From Carcharhinus amblyrhynchos (Eukaryota), in NCBI GenBank assembly GCA_965287045.1, contig OZ336872.1:121706001-121770000 (forward strand): a stretch of 64,000 nucleotides of DNA. Reading direction: 5' to 3'. The position numbers and the translations under genes are program-made. Positions 48,439 to 60,116 of this stretch are shown piece by piece. Position 1 is the stretch's first letter, and each line of letters starts with the position of its first letter. The notes below the pieces were generated by a model. It was not told where the DNA came from, ran no database searches, and saw only the letters and a list, made by a program, of their open reading frames with translations.

Positions 48439-49414
48439 TCCTGGGTAATGAGACAGGAATAATTGATGATCTTACAGTTAGGGACCCTCTCAGAAGAAGC
48501 GATTGCAATATGGTTGAATTTAAAGTACAGATGGAACGTAAGAAGGTAAAATCCAATACCGATGTCTTGTGCTTAAACAAAGGGATGAGGGAGGCATTGG
48601 CTAAGGTTGACTGGGAGTGAAAGCTTTATGATGGGACAATTGAGGAAAGTAGAGAACTTTCAAAGCGATCTTTCACAGTGCTCAGCAAAAGTATATACCA
48701 GTCATAAGGAAGGACTGTAGAAAAAGAGATAATCAGCCATGGTTATCTAAGGAAATAAAGGGGGGTATCAAATTGGACGAAAATGCTCACAAAGTGGCAA
48801 AGATTAGTGGGAAACTAGAAGATTGGGAAATCTTTAAAAGTCAACAGAAAGCCACGAAAAAAGCTATAAAGAAAAGTAAGATGGATTACGAGAATAAACT
48901 AGCTCAGAATATAAAAACAGATAGCAAAAGTTTTGACAAATATGTAAAACAAAAAAGAGTGGCTAAAGTAAACATTGGTCCTTTAGGGATGAGAAGGGGG
49001 ATGTAATAACTGAAAATGAGAAAATGCTGAGGCATTGAACAGGTATTTTGTGTTGGTCTTCACAGTGAAAGACACAAATAACATACCAAAAATTAATAAC
49101 AGGAAGGCTATGGGAGGTGAGAACCTAGAAATTATCATTATCATGAAAGAGGTAGTGTTGGGCAAGTTAATGGCGCTAAAAGTAGACAAGTCTACTGACC
49201 CTAATGGAATGCATCATAGGGTACTAAAAGAGATAGCGGAGGAAATAGCAAATGCACTGGTGGTAATTTACCAAGATTCGCTGGACTCTAGGGTGATTCC
49301 CGCAGATTGGAAAATGGCAAATGTGACGCCACTGTTTAAAAAAGGAGGTAGACAAAAGGCAGGTAACTAGAGGCCGGTTAGATAACTTCTGTCGTAGGGA
49401 AAATGCTTGAATCT

Positions 49415-49592
49415 GGAAGCGGGTTGATGGGTTCTTGATAAGAGAGGGGATTAAGGGTTATGGGGAGAGGGCGGGAAAGTGGAACTGAGCCACGACAGAT
49501 CAGCCATGATCTTATTGAATGGCGGGGCAGGCTCGAAGGGCTAGATGGCCTACTCCTGCTCCTATTTCTTATGTTCTTATGTTATGTTCTTA
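49415..49592 (+). mobile_element. Young HER1-like 3' end nested in an older CR1, TSD TGAATCT
   Basis: Nearly identical to 18276-18436; TGAATCT at 49408-49414 and 49593-49599. Confidence 0.9.
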
Positions 49593-51257
49593 TGAATCTA
49601 CCATCAAGGAAGAAATAGCGAGACATCTGGATATAAATTGTCCCATTTGTAAGGCGCAACATGGGTTTATGCATGGGTTTAGGTCATGTTTGACGAATTT
49701 GGTGGAATTCTTTGAGAATGTTACATGTGCAGTGGACAATGGGGAACCTGTGGATGTGGTGTATCTGGATTTCCAGAAGGCATTTGACAAGGTGCCGCAC
49801 AAAAGATTGCTGCTTTAGATAAAGGTGCACAGCGTTATGGGTAATGTACTGACATTGATAGGGGATTGGTTAACTAACAGACAGCAAAGAGTGGGGGTAA
49901 ATGGGTGTTTTTCTGGTTGGCGATCAGTGATTAGTGGTGTGCCTCAGGGATCAGTGTTGGGACCATAATTGTTTACGATTTACATAGATGATTTGTAGTT
50001 GGGGACCAAGTGTAGTGTGTCAAAATTCGCAGATAATACTAAGATGAGTAGCAGAGCAAAGTGTGCAGAGGACACTGAAAGTCTGCAAAGGGATATGATT
50101 AGTCTAAGTGAGAGGGCGAGGGTCTGGCAGATGGAGTACAATGTTGGTAAATATAAGGTCATCCATTTTGGTAGGAATAACAGAAAAATGGACTATTATT
50201 TAAATAGTGTTGCAGCATGCTCCTGTGCAGAGGGACCTGGGTGTCCTTGTGCAGGAATCACAAGGAGTTGGTTTGCAGGTGCAGCAGGTAATTAAGAAGC
50301 AAATGGAATTTTGTCCTTCATTGCTACAGGGATGGAGTTTACAAACAGCGAGGTTATGTTGCAGCTGTATAAGGTGCTGGTGAGGCCACACCTGGAGTAT
50401 TATGTACAGTTTTGGTCTCCTTACTTGAGAAAGGATATACCGGTACTGGAGGGGGTTCTGAGGAGATTCACTAGGTTGATTAGTTGAGAGAGTTGGCTTA
50501 TGAGGAGAGACTGAGTAGACTGGGGCTGTACTCATTGGAATTCAGAAGAATGAGAGGAGATCTTATAGAAACATATAAGATTATGAAGGGAATAAATAAG
50601 ATAGAAGTACAAAAGTTATTTCTACAGACGGGTGAAACTAGGATTAGGGGACATGGTCCCAAAATAAGGGGGAGCAGATTTAGGACTGAGTTGAGGAGGA
50701 ACTTCTTCACACAAACGGTAATGAATCTGTGGAATTCCCTGCCCAGTGAAGCAGTTGATGTTTTTAAGGCAAGGATAGATACATTTTTGAACAACAGAGG
50801 AATTAATGGTTATGGTGAACAGGCGGGTAAGTGGGGCTGAGTACACAAAAAGATCAGCCATGATCTTATTGAATGGCGGAACAGGCTCGAGGGGCCAGAT
50901 GGCCTACTCCTGCTCCTAGTTCTTATGTTCTTATGTTCCCTGGGTGCTCCGGTTTCCTCCCACACTCCAAAGGTGTGCAGTTTAGGTGTATTGACCCGAA
51001 CAGGCACCAGAGTGTGGCGACCAGGGGAATTTCACAGTAACTTCGTTGCAGTGTTAATGTAAGCCTTACTTGTGACTAATAAATAAGCTTTAAAAAAAAA
51101 CTTTGATGAGCTAGTACATGGGCCTACAATCAGTGAACAATTAAGAGGCCACCTCAAGGAATGTCATGGAAAATGCAGCATGTAACAGTTAACTGCCAAG
51201 CCCTTGTTCAAATTCAAACCAGACAGGTCAACCCTGAATGGTCAAAGCATTGCCAGT

Positions 51258-51555
51258 TTAAAATTTAAAGTTTATTTGTTAGTCACAAGTAGGGTTACGT
51301 TAACACTGCAATTAAGTTACTGTGAAAATCCCCTATTGCCACCCTCCAGTGCCTGTTCGGGTACACTGAGGGAGAATTTAGCGTGGCCAATGCAGCTAGC
51401 CAGCACGTCTTTCGGTCTGTGGGAGGAACCTGGAGCACCAGGAGGAAACCCACACAGACACAGGGAGAATGTGCAGACTCAGCAAGACAGTGATCCAAGC
51501 TGGGAATTGAACCCGATACCTGGCGCTATGAGGCAGCAGTGCCGCATTGCTACCG
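51258..51555 (-). mobile_element. V-SINE with GTGACTAA(C/T)AAATAAAC tail
   Basis: Head, core and tail present. Confidence 0.85.
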
Positions 51556-51839
51556 TAAGGAACCAGGGACTGGTTGTTGAAAAAGGCAAACTGTTCCGTC
51601 TGTCAGCAAAGGACGGGCCCCTGGGTGTGAATACATATAGCAACCAGCATGCATAACTGAGCCATACTGTGAACTCGGTTGATAATCTTAAATTAGTTTT
51701 CAGCATAATCCTGACCACAATCAAGATTATTTAGCAAGTGTTGTGCAGTTGTGGAATCATATCTAATGATTGACACTATGTTTTGAGTTTTGCAATCATT
51801 GGCTGGTTGGGTACATACGTTGTTGTGAAAAACTAGGGT

Positions 51840-52166
51840 GGCATGGTGGCACAGTGGTTGGCACTGCTGCCTTACAGCACCAGGGACCCAGGTGCAGTTC
51901 TGGGCATGGGTGGAGTTTGCATGTTTCCCTGTGTCTGTGCATGTTTCCTCTGGGTGCTCCAGTTTCCCCCCACACTCCAGAGATGTGCAGGTTAGGTGGA
52001 TTGGCTATGCTAAATTGTCCTTTAGTGCCCAAAGAGGTGTAGGTTAGGGACATTACTGGTTATGGGGATAGGGCGCAGGGGGGGCGTTGGGCCTGGGTAA
52101 GAGGGTCAGAGAGTTGGTGCAGACTCAGTGGGCTGCATGGTCTCCTTCTGCACTTCAGAGATTCTA
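51840..52166 (+). mobile_element. HE1-like V-SINE
   Basis: Head, core and CR1-type tail present. Confidence 0.85.
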
Positions 52167-52571
52167 AACAATCCTAATTGTGTAAAGAATTGCACTGAAA
52201 ACCAATTTAAGATTATCTACTATTTTGAATTTGAATAATAGCTTGGCAGTTAACTGTTCCTGGTGCATTTTCCATGACAACGCCTCTACAAATAAGAGCC
52301 AATCAATCTGCACTCTCTTCTTATGGAGTGTAACGTGTTGATGCTTTTACTTTTGGTATTCTTATGAACTGACAGAGGGTGGGGGGAGCATATGTAATAG
52401 CTGAATGGCGATTTAGCCTGCAATTAAATGACATAATTAATTACCCTATTCATTACTCTTCCACCTCTGTGGTGGATTGCAGTCTGAACCTCTTTTTGGG
52501 ACCATCCATCAGGCGTAGTTCTCAGATGACCACTCACAGCTTCAGGTTAAGAAAGACAAATCCTAAAGACA

Positions 52572-53066
52572 CTGGTTGGAATTTTACCGTTCCGCCCGCT
52601 GTGGGAATCGGAATGAGCGAGGGGTGGATAATGGAAAGTTCCATTGACCTCGGGTGGGGTTTTGATTTTGATTTGATTTATTATTGTCACATGTATTAAC
52701 GTACAGTGGAAAGTATTGTTTCTTGCATGCTATACAGATGAAGCATAGCATTCATAGAGAAAGAAATGAGAGAGTGCAGAATGTAGTGTTATAGTTATAG
52801 TTCAGGTGTAGAGAAAAATCAGCTTAATGCAGGGTAGGTCCATTCAAAAGTCTGATGGCAGCAGGGAAGAAGCTGTTCTTATGTCGGTTGGTATGTGACC
52901 TCAGACTTCTGTATCTTTTTCCCGACGGAAGAAGGTAGAAGTGAGACTGTCCGGGGTGCACGTGGCCCTTAGTTATGCTGGCTGCCTTGCCGAGGCAGCG
53001 GGAAGTGTATGTCGACCTCGGGCAGGGTTTTCTGGCCTCACTCGAGCGAGGCCATAAAATCACGTT
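52572..53066. mobile_element. ~125-bp MITE split by a Rex1/Babar insertion
   Basis: GGTTGGAATTTTACC left end and ATAAAATCACG right end; reverse complement of the 28170 family. Confidence 0.7.
52664..53013 (-). mobile_element. Rex1/Babar-clade LINE 3' end
   Basis: HPGQSHFYLLPSGKRYRSLRSHTNRHKNSFFPAAIRLLN; (AAATC)n tail; imperfect 18-bp TSD at 52646-52663 and 53014-53031. Confidence 0.85.
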
Positions 53067-53489
53067 CATGTTTTGCTCTTACCCTCTCTCTCGTCCTCTA
53101 GTCCTGCTTTCAATTGACAATCCTCAGTTTCAAATTCAGTGCATGCCTGGCAGCTCAAAGCTGGGGCCTTTTACCTCTTCCCAAACCACAGCCCACATGC
53201 ATGATCAGAGATGTTACCAATTCCTGATTGGTTTGTGTGCTACATGACCAGGTCCTGATTGGTTAGTTGATGATGATGGTTAGTTGCTGATATCATTTCC
53301 TGCTGTTTCCTGATTGGCCCTCACAGGTGTCAATTCCTCATGGGACCATCCTTCTCATTGTAGCTTTTTCTGGTATTTCATTAAATTTTACGACTTTCTT
53401 CTTAGATAATGGGGGGGCCTTAGGATAGTTCCAATATCTGCTTATTTGAGATAAGAAAGCATGTAATGTCTAGTTCATAGAGATCATTA

Positions 53490-53852
53490 TCATAGAATCC
53501 CTACAGCGCAGGAGGAGGCTATTAGACCCATTGAGCCTGCACCAATAACAACGCCACACAGGCTCTATCCCCACAACCTCACATATTTATCCTGCTAATC
53601 CCCCTGGCACTATCCCGTAACCCCACATATTTACCCTGCCAATCCCTTTGACACTAAGGAGTAATTTAACATAGCTAATCAATCCAACCCGCGTATCTTT
53701 GGACTGTGGGAGGAAACCAGAGCACCCGGAGGAATCCCAAACAGACTTGGAGAGGATGTGAAAACTCCACACAGGCGACCACCCGAGACCAGAATTGAAC
53801 CTGGCTCCCTAGTGCTGTGAGGTAGCAGTGCTAACCACAGTGCCACCATGCA
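53490..53852 (-). mobile_element. HE1-like V-SINE with an internal ~44-bp tandem duplication
   Basis: CTATCCC..AACC.CACATATTTA.CCTGC.AATCCC occurs twice within 53565-53652. Confidence 0.85.
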
Positions 53853-54223
53853 CCCCAATCCAACAATCAATACAGGACTCAGCGTCCCAAATGCCTAATT
53901 GGTGTATAGCTATCAGCATCATATGTCCCATAGAACATTCATTAAGATAGGGGCTTACCAGAGTATTTGGTTGAGATACCTGCTTTGACATTGTATATAT
54001 TTTTGTTGTATCTGCCAGTGCTTGGCATAAGTCAGTTAAAATACAGAGTGGTGCTAGCCTTACAAAACTTACAGAGTTATGGAAATTACACGAAGACTAC
54101 AAAATGAATATGAAATTAATGCTTGAAAGTGATTGAAATTTAATGAAGCAAGAATCACTTAAAATTATAACATGACACATTCAGCTAACACATATTCCGA
54201 AGAAATAAAAGTCAAGAACACTA

Positions 54224-54582
54224 CGGTGACACAGTGGCACAATGGTTAGCACTGCTGCCTCATAGCTCCAGAGACTTGGGTTCAATTTCTGGCTTAGGTC
54301 ACTGTCCGTGTGGTCTTTGTATGTTCTCCCCATGTCTGCGTGGGTTTCATCTGGGTGCCCCGGTTTCTTCTCTCACTCCAAAGGTGCGCAAGATAGATGG
54401 ATTAGGAGCCATGGTAAATTGCCCCTTAGCATTCCAGGATGTGCAGGTTAGATGGATTAGCCATGGGAAATGCGTGGGGTTATGGGGATAGGATGGGGGA
54501 GAAGGTCTGGGTACGATACTCTATGAGAGAGTAGGTACAGCCCAATGGGCTGAATGGCCTCTTCTGTAGGAATTCTGTGATA
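54224..54582 (+). mobile_element. HE1-like V-SINE
   Basis: Head, core and tail present. Confidence 0.85.
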
Positions 54583-55651
54583 TATGGTCACAAAGCCTAA
54601 TTACAGAAATCAACACTAAGCTAACAGAATCAAAATGGTTAAATACCGGGATTGAAAGTTCTTCTTTTTATAAACATTACAAGTTGAACTACACTAATTT
54701 AAGGCCTGAATGTTTTAACACCAATGGACTTTTGAATTTAGGGAACAAAAACTGATAACTTTTAATTGCTAAATGGCCTCAGATCAGAACTGTTGAACCT
54801 TGCCATCCATTTGTCACTGCTCTGAGGCCACATGTTTTCTCTCATTTGTTAAGTGTGAGTGAGATTGTTAACAAAGTTCCCACGTCCCACAATAATATCA
54901 GATTGGATCAATATATTTTGATTCCTATACATAACTAAACTACTCATTGTAAATAATTGTCAAATTTTCTTTATAACCCCGCTCAGATTCCTTCACACCC
55001 TGACATATTTGATTGTGGTGGATTATTTATTCATTATCTTCCCTTTTCACCGTGAATTATGTTACAGTTTTTGAATGTTGGAATTTGTTGAAGCATTGGG
55101 GATCTCACCTGCTGGCTGGAGAGCTTGTGTGAAAAGTGCACTGCCTCTTTTCAGGATGCCCACCAAACCATCAGGCAGTGGACAGGCCAGCTGTGGCCCT
55201 CCCCTGAAATCAAGACCCCAATGGTGGAAATCATGCCTCCTGAGAGCTGCCAACCAATCAGAGGCTGGCAATTATTATGCTCAACGGTGCCTCTAGAAAA
55301 GCCATGCCAGTTGCCAGAAGGACTGGCGTCAGAATCCCAGGATCATGGATCAACGCAGGCCATGGGTAAGTAATGTTTTGGAGGGGGCGAGGTAGTTCTG
55401 CAGGTTGTGAGGGGAGGGGCAGGTGGTTTGGCAGCAAGGGCAAAGGGGTCACTTTCAGTAGATCCCTCAGTTCCCAATGTCCAGTGCCTCGCTGACCAAG
55501 GGACCCTCCCCACCCCTTCCTGTAGGTGACAAGTTGGCTGCATAGTTTCATCAGTCATGTACGCCACATGGTGACAGCCCCACCTTCAACTGGATTAATA
55601 CCAACATTGGCAGCATGCAGCCCTTCAGTGATTCTTAATTGGCCACAAAAG

Positions 55652-55770
55652 GCAGGATTTTCCAGCTGCGGTCACCCCAAACACAGAAAATCCCACCCAA
55701 GGTCAACGGACCTTTGCATGGTCCACCCCCTTCCTGCTATGATTCCCGTATGGGATAGGAAAATTCTACC
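55652..55770. mobile_element. ~125-bp MITE copy
   Basis: GGCAGGATTTTCC..AAAATCCCACCCAAGGTCAACGGAC..GAAAATTCTACCC. Confidence 0.65.
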
Positions 55771-55845
55771 CAAAGGCTTCAACTAGAAGCGGAAGGAAGT
55801 TTGCCCTATGGCCGTCCCATCCTGATCTTAATCCTGGTAAAGATG

Positions 55846-56280
55846 TGAAGGCAGCGGGGTTCCAGGAGAGATTGGGTAAACTGGGGTTGTTCTCCCTGGG
55901 AAGACAGAGAATGAGGGCAGACCTAACAGAGGTGTACAAAATTATGAAGGGTATAGATAGGGTGAACAGTGGGAAACTTTTTCCCAGGTCGGAGGTGACG
56001 ATCACGAGGGGTCACATGCTCAAGGTGAGAGGGGCGAGGTATAACTCAGATATCAGAGGGACGTTTTTTTACACAGAGGGTGGTGGGGGCCTGGAATGCA
56101 CTGCCAGGTAGGATGGTGGAGGTGGACATGCCGGCATCGTCTAAGACTTGCCTGGATAGTCACATGAGCAGACTGGGAATGGAGGGATACAAACAAATGG
56201 TCTAGTTGGACCAATGAGCGGCACAGGCTTGGAGGGCCGAAGGGCCTGTTTCCTGTGCTGTACTGTTCTTTGTTCTTTGT
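55846..56280 (+). mobile_element. CR1 3' fragment, (TTCTTTG)n tail
   Basis: ERLGKLGLFSL..RMRADLTEVYKIMKG..TRGH. Confidence 0.9.
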
Positions 56281-57444
56281 ATACTCCACCTGAGTAAATG
56301 CCCCTGCTGCCACCAAGCTCGGCCCCAGCGAGAGCACGAGATTACAGCCTTGGAGTGGTAATCTGTAGCTGCAATAGTGAGATAAGAATTGTAAAATTGT
56401 TTCTGTGCTTGCATTATTGAGAGAAATTTTATACTATTTTAATTTCTCCACCAGGGAACACACAACTCCGTCTAGTATACAGGTAATTGTTACATAGGGA
56501 GGCAAATCTGTTGACTGCTTCACAAGGGAAGTTCATCCAGTGTACAACTAATCAATATTGATCAAGCTGTCATTTACCTAGGCACTATTGGCTTCAGATC
56601 ACATATAAGAATTAGTACTTAGTGTTTCTTTGGAAATTACCAGTTTATTATCTGAAATATATCATCCATTTTAGAAGAAGATGACATTGTCTGGCAGGGG
56701 TCGCTATTGACAGTAAAGGAAGCACTTAAGTCCACTAGTGGCTAACTGTCAAGTGCAGAATATGGGCAAAAGTGACCATTTGTTGCTTGGATCACAAGTG
56801 GCAGACATTAAAACTTTTCAGAAATGGAACCTAATTAAACTTACACGTCTGTAGTCTCGAGATCATTGACCTTCTGGTTATGCTTGTAGACAGAGAGACT
56901 AAACTCTTGCGCCTAGTTTGGGGGCATTTAAGAGGTCTGTGGATAGGTTTATGGACGAAAAGGGATTGGTTTAGGTTAGTGGGTCATTGTTGTTGTTTTT
57001 TTTTTAACTGGTCGGCGCAACATCGTGGGCCAAAGGGCCTGTTCTGCGCTGTAATGTTCTATGTTCTATGTTCTAAAATAACTCCAACTTAGCTGTGACT
57101 TAGTGTTCCCCGTCACTATAGCAACGTGAGGGCAATGTCATAGTCAGTCAGAACATTAAACATTATTCATTGCGATAGGCATTAAATCCATCAATACAAA
57201 AATGAAAAATAGAGACAGGCATAAAACAAGCTCTCTGTTTTCCGCTGCTCCTTCCTTTCCTGAGAATAATTGGAATTGTCTCCAGCCATGTTTTCAAACA
57301 GTTGGTGTGGAGATATTATTGTCTATATTTATTTCTGAAGTTAATCAAAATTTAGCCATAAACCCAGAATTCCTATCCCTCCACATCAAATATTCTAACA
57401 AAGGGCTGCCTCCTCTGGGTAAACACATTTTATTTCCCCCTAGC

Positions 57445-57915
57445 AGTAAAGAAAGAGCTTTCATTTATGTCATGCCTCGCACAATCCCCCAATCACTTCA
57501 TAGTGCTGTACAGCCAAATAATTGCTTTTACAGCAACATTATTGTTGGTAAATGTAGAGACCAATTTGTGCACAGCAAGATCCAACTGACAACAAAATGA
57601 AATGAGTGTTTACTTATTGATTTTGGTGATGTTTGTTGAGGTCGTGCAGGAGACTGTTTGGAGGGTGGGGGTGGTGGAGTGTGGGGAAAGCTGGCTAGAA
57701 CACCAGGAGAGTTCCCTGTACTTCATTAAATGGCAACACAGGATCTTTTGTATTCGCCTGAAAAGGCAGGGAAAGTTTTGGCTTAATGTGTCATCTGAAT
57801 AATGGAATCTCTAACAGTGCAACATTCGCCCACTAATCACCAGTCTCGGGTGTCATTTTGAATTAGGTGCTCGAGCTCTGGAGTGGGACTCGATGCCATA
57901 ACTTTCTGACCCAGA
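57445..57915 (-). mobile_element. Old DeuSINE (SacSINE1-like)
   Basis: Reverse complement has TCGAGTCCCACTCCAG head and GCACTGTTAGAG..TTCAGATGACACATTAAGCC..AAAAGATCCTG, a Deu-like domain (recognised from memory). Confidence 0.6.
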
Positions 57916-58423
57916 GCTTTCTATAATTAAGCCAATTTGGTACCTGGAGGCATTGATACACCTCATTTCTCTGCAGCAGTATCTGTAGAGATTTGAACTC
58001 CTCAACCCCAGAGTAATAAAATTCTTGTCGAGAAGTAACCATATTGTTAAAAAATCACCAACTCAGAATGCAAACCAACGACGTTTATTTGACAATAAAG
58101 ATGATATTTGACATTTCATTAGTTGAGGCATGGCATGATACTCAAGTTCAATGCATGTTGGTCTGTGTTTCCTGTGGATCCCAGAACTTCTGGGGTCTTT
58201 TTTCCCGATTCCTTGAACCTGATCTCTTGACTTACAAAGTCCTCAAGATTTTAGTTTAGCCAACTTAACTCTAACATACATACAAAGTGTTTTACAGCTT
58301 TAAGACTTCAACTTTAGAGGATACTTTTCACATAGTTTCCACTCCATCTTAACTGCTGAAGCTACACACTTCATCGCAGCCTGCATTGTGCTCGCTCTCT
58401 CTCTCTCTCTGTCTGTCTCTCTG

Positions 58424-58540
58424 GGTGAGATTTTATAGCCTCGCTCATCCCAAAGCCATAAAATCCCACCCGAGGTCAACTATTGTCTGCCCCTTGCCCA
58501 CTCCAATTCCTGTAGTGGGCGGGGCAGTAGAATTCCGGCA
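58424..58540. mobile_element. ~125-bp MITE copy
   Basis: Homologous to 28170-28297; preceded by CTG. Confidence 0.75.
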
Positions 58541-58647
58541 ACTATCTCTTTGGTGGAAACGGCATTTTAACAGAAATTGTGGATTTTCCAGAATGACTAA
58601 GATTGCACTTTACTACTGATTCTCTCAAGCCAGACTTTAACTGACTA

Positions 58648-59446
58648 AATAGAGTAAACAGTGGTAGGCTTTTCCCTAGCTTGGGGACAACTATTACGAG
58701 AGGTCACGATCTAAGGGTGAGGGGGGAGAAGTATAATTTGGATACTAGAGGAAGGTTTTTCACGCAGAGGGTTGTCGGGGTATGGAACGCGCTACCAAGT
58801 AAGGTGGTGGAGGCAGGCACATTGGACTTGTTTAAGGTTTACTTAGATAGACACATGAGCGAAACAGGGATGGAGGGTTATAGTAGATGGTATTAAAAAG
58901 GGTCAGAGCCTCGGGACGACACTGGAAATGTAATATTACATGTTAATGTTTTGTCTCTTTTAATCCACAGGTGTCGGTCCACCTTGTTGTCAAACGAGGG
59001 GCATGCACACGGTGGGTTGTGCGTGGGCTGCTCTTGGAGGTTTCGGGAGTGGCCTAGTACTTCGTGTCGTTGTGTGTGCTTAATCCTGGACCAGTAGATG
59101 GGCACCACAACAGCTCAGTGACTATCACTGCTAGCTGTGCAGATACATGGATTTGGGTCTGTGTCTGTGGGAGTTTGCACACTCTCCCTGTGGTTGCGTG
59201 GGTTTCCTCCGGGTGCTCCGGTTTCCTCCCACACCCCAAAGATGTGCTCTTAGGCTGATTGGTGTACCAAATTGACCCTACACTATTCTCCCCTGGATCT
59301 GGCTACATTAGGGGTACCATTCACATACACACAGGGCAGGGTAGGTGTAGGAAAATGCTTTGTTGAAATGGCGGCGTGGGCTCGTTGGGCCGAAGGGCCT
59401 GTTTCCTGTGCTGGGTTGTTCTTTGTTCTTTTGTTCTTTGTTCTTA
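58648..59446 (+). mobile_element. CR1 ORF2 end, long 3' region, V-SINE-like core and (TTCTTTG)n tail
   Basis: TRGHDLRVRG..FFTQRVVGVWNALP to the stop at 58896; V core 59160-59245; a single tail at ~59420-59446. Confidence 0.75.
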
Positions 59447-60116
59447 AATGATTCCTTGGCAGCTAAGTGGTTCTATAATTTTTATTCATTCTCTCTTTAG
59501 GCGACTATTTTAGCTCTAGCTATCCTGTCTGTGCTGGATGCACTGATCTGTAACACTGGATTCTCACAGCAATCCCCAGTCCTGCGGCAGTTCCTTTAGC
59601 CACTAACTAAGCTTAATGCTAGGTTCTCATGGCAAAGTCCCAACATGTGACAAACACCCATCAACTGGCAATGTCTTACACAAGTGTTAACTTCCCCACA
59701 ACTGTGTTGCTCCTGGCAAATGGTCTCCCAGAAAATTCCCTGCGCCTAACTCTCTCTCCTGACAAATAAATGCTATATCCCTAACAAAACCCTTGACAGG
59801 TGCAAAGATCTCATTGATTTTACCTTAAAATCATCTTTTTAAGGGTATCATTGATTTTTTTTTAATACCCTTTTTACAGGTAGTTTTATATCATTAAACC
59901 CAAGTATCTGCACCTGGATCAACACAGCTTGTGACTTCTAACCCAATATTTGCAACACTTGATGAACGGGAAGAGCACTCCTAGTGTCCCCACAATAATT
60001 GTATCTCCAACTGGAGATCCTCAGAACAGTCTAGGCCCAAGACCATTCTTCCAGCCAATCAGATTTGCAGCCTTGGAGTTCATTTTCATTGCTGAAGTCT
60101 CATTTGTATTTCTGAC

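Larger units (their letters stand above)
47820..50936 (+). mobile_element. Decayed CR1 ORF2 (endonuclease through tail) with two nested insertions
   Basis: VESIWVEIRN, YRPP, GDFN, DFQKAFDKVPH, FADN; multiple stops. Confidence 0.92.
47697..51098 (+). mobile_element. V-SINE split into 47697-47815 and 50937-51098 by a CR1 insertion
   Basis: Left half ends GGGTTTCCTCCGG; right half resumes GGGTGCTCCGGTTTCC. Confidence 0.8.
51155..52370 (-). mobile_element. PLE family B fragment with inverted end, interrupted by two SINEs
   Basis: Minus strand reads DSTTAQHLLNNLDCGQDYAEN*FKIINRVHSMAQL; plus-strand copy of the end at ~52167-52370 matches 16550-16930. Confidence 0.7.
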
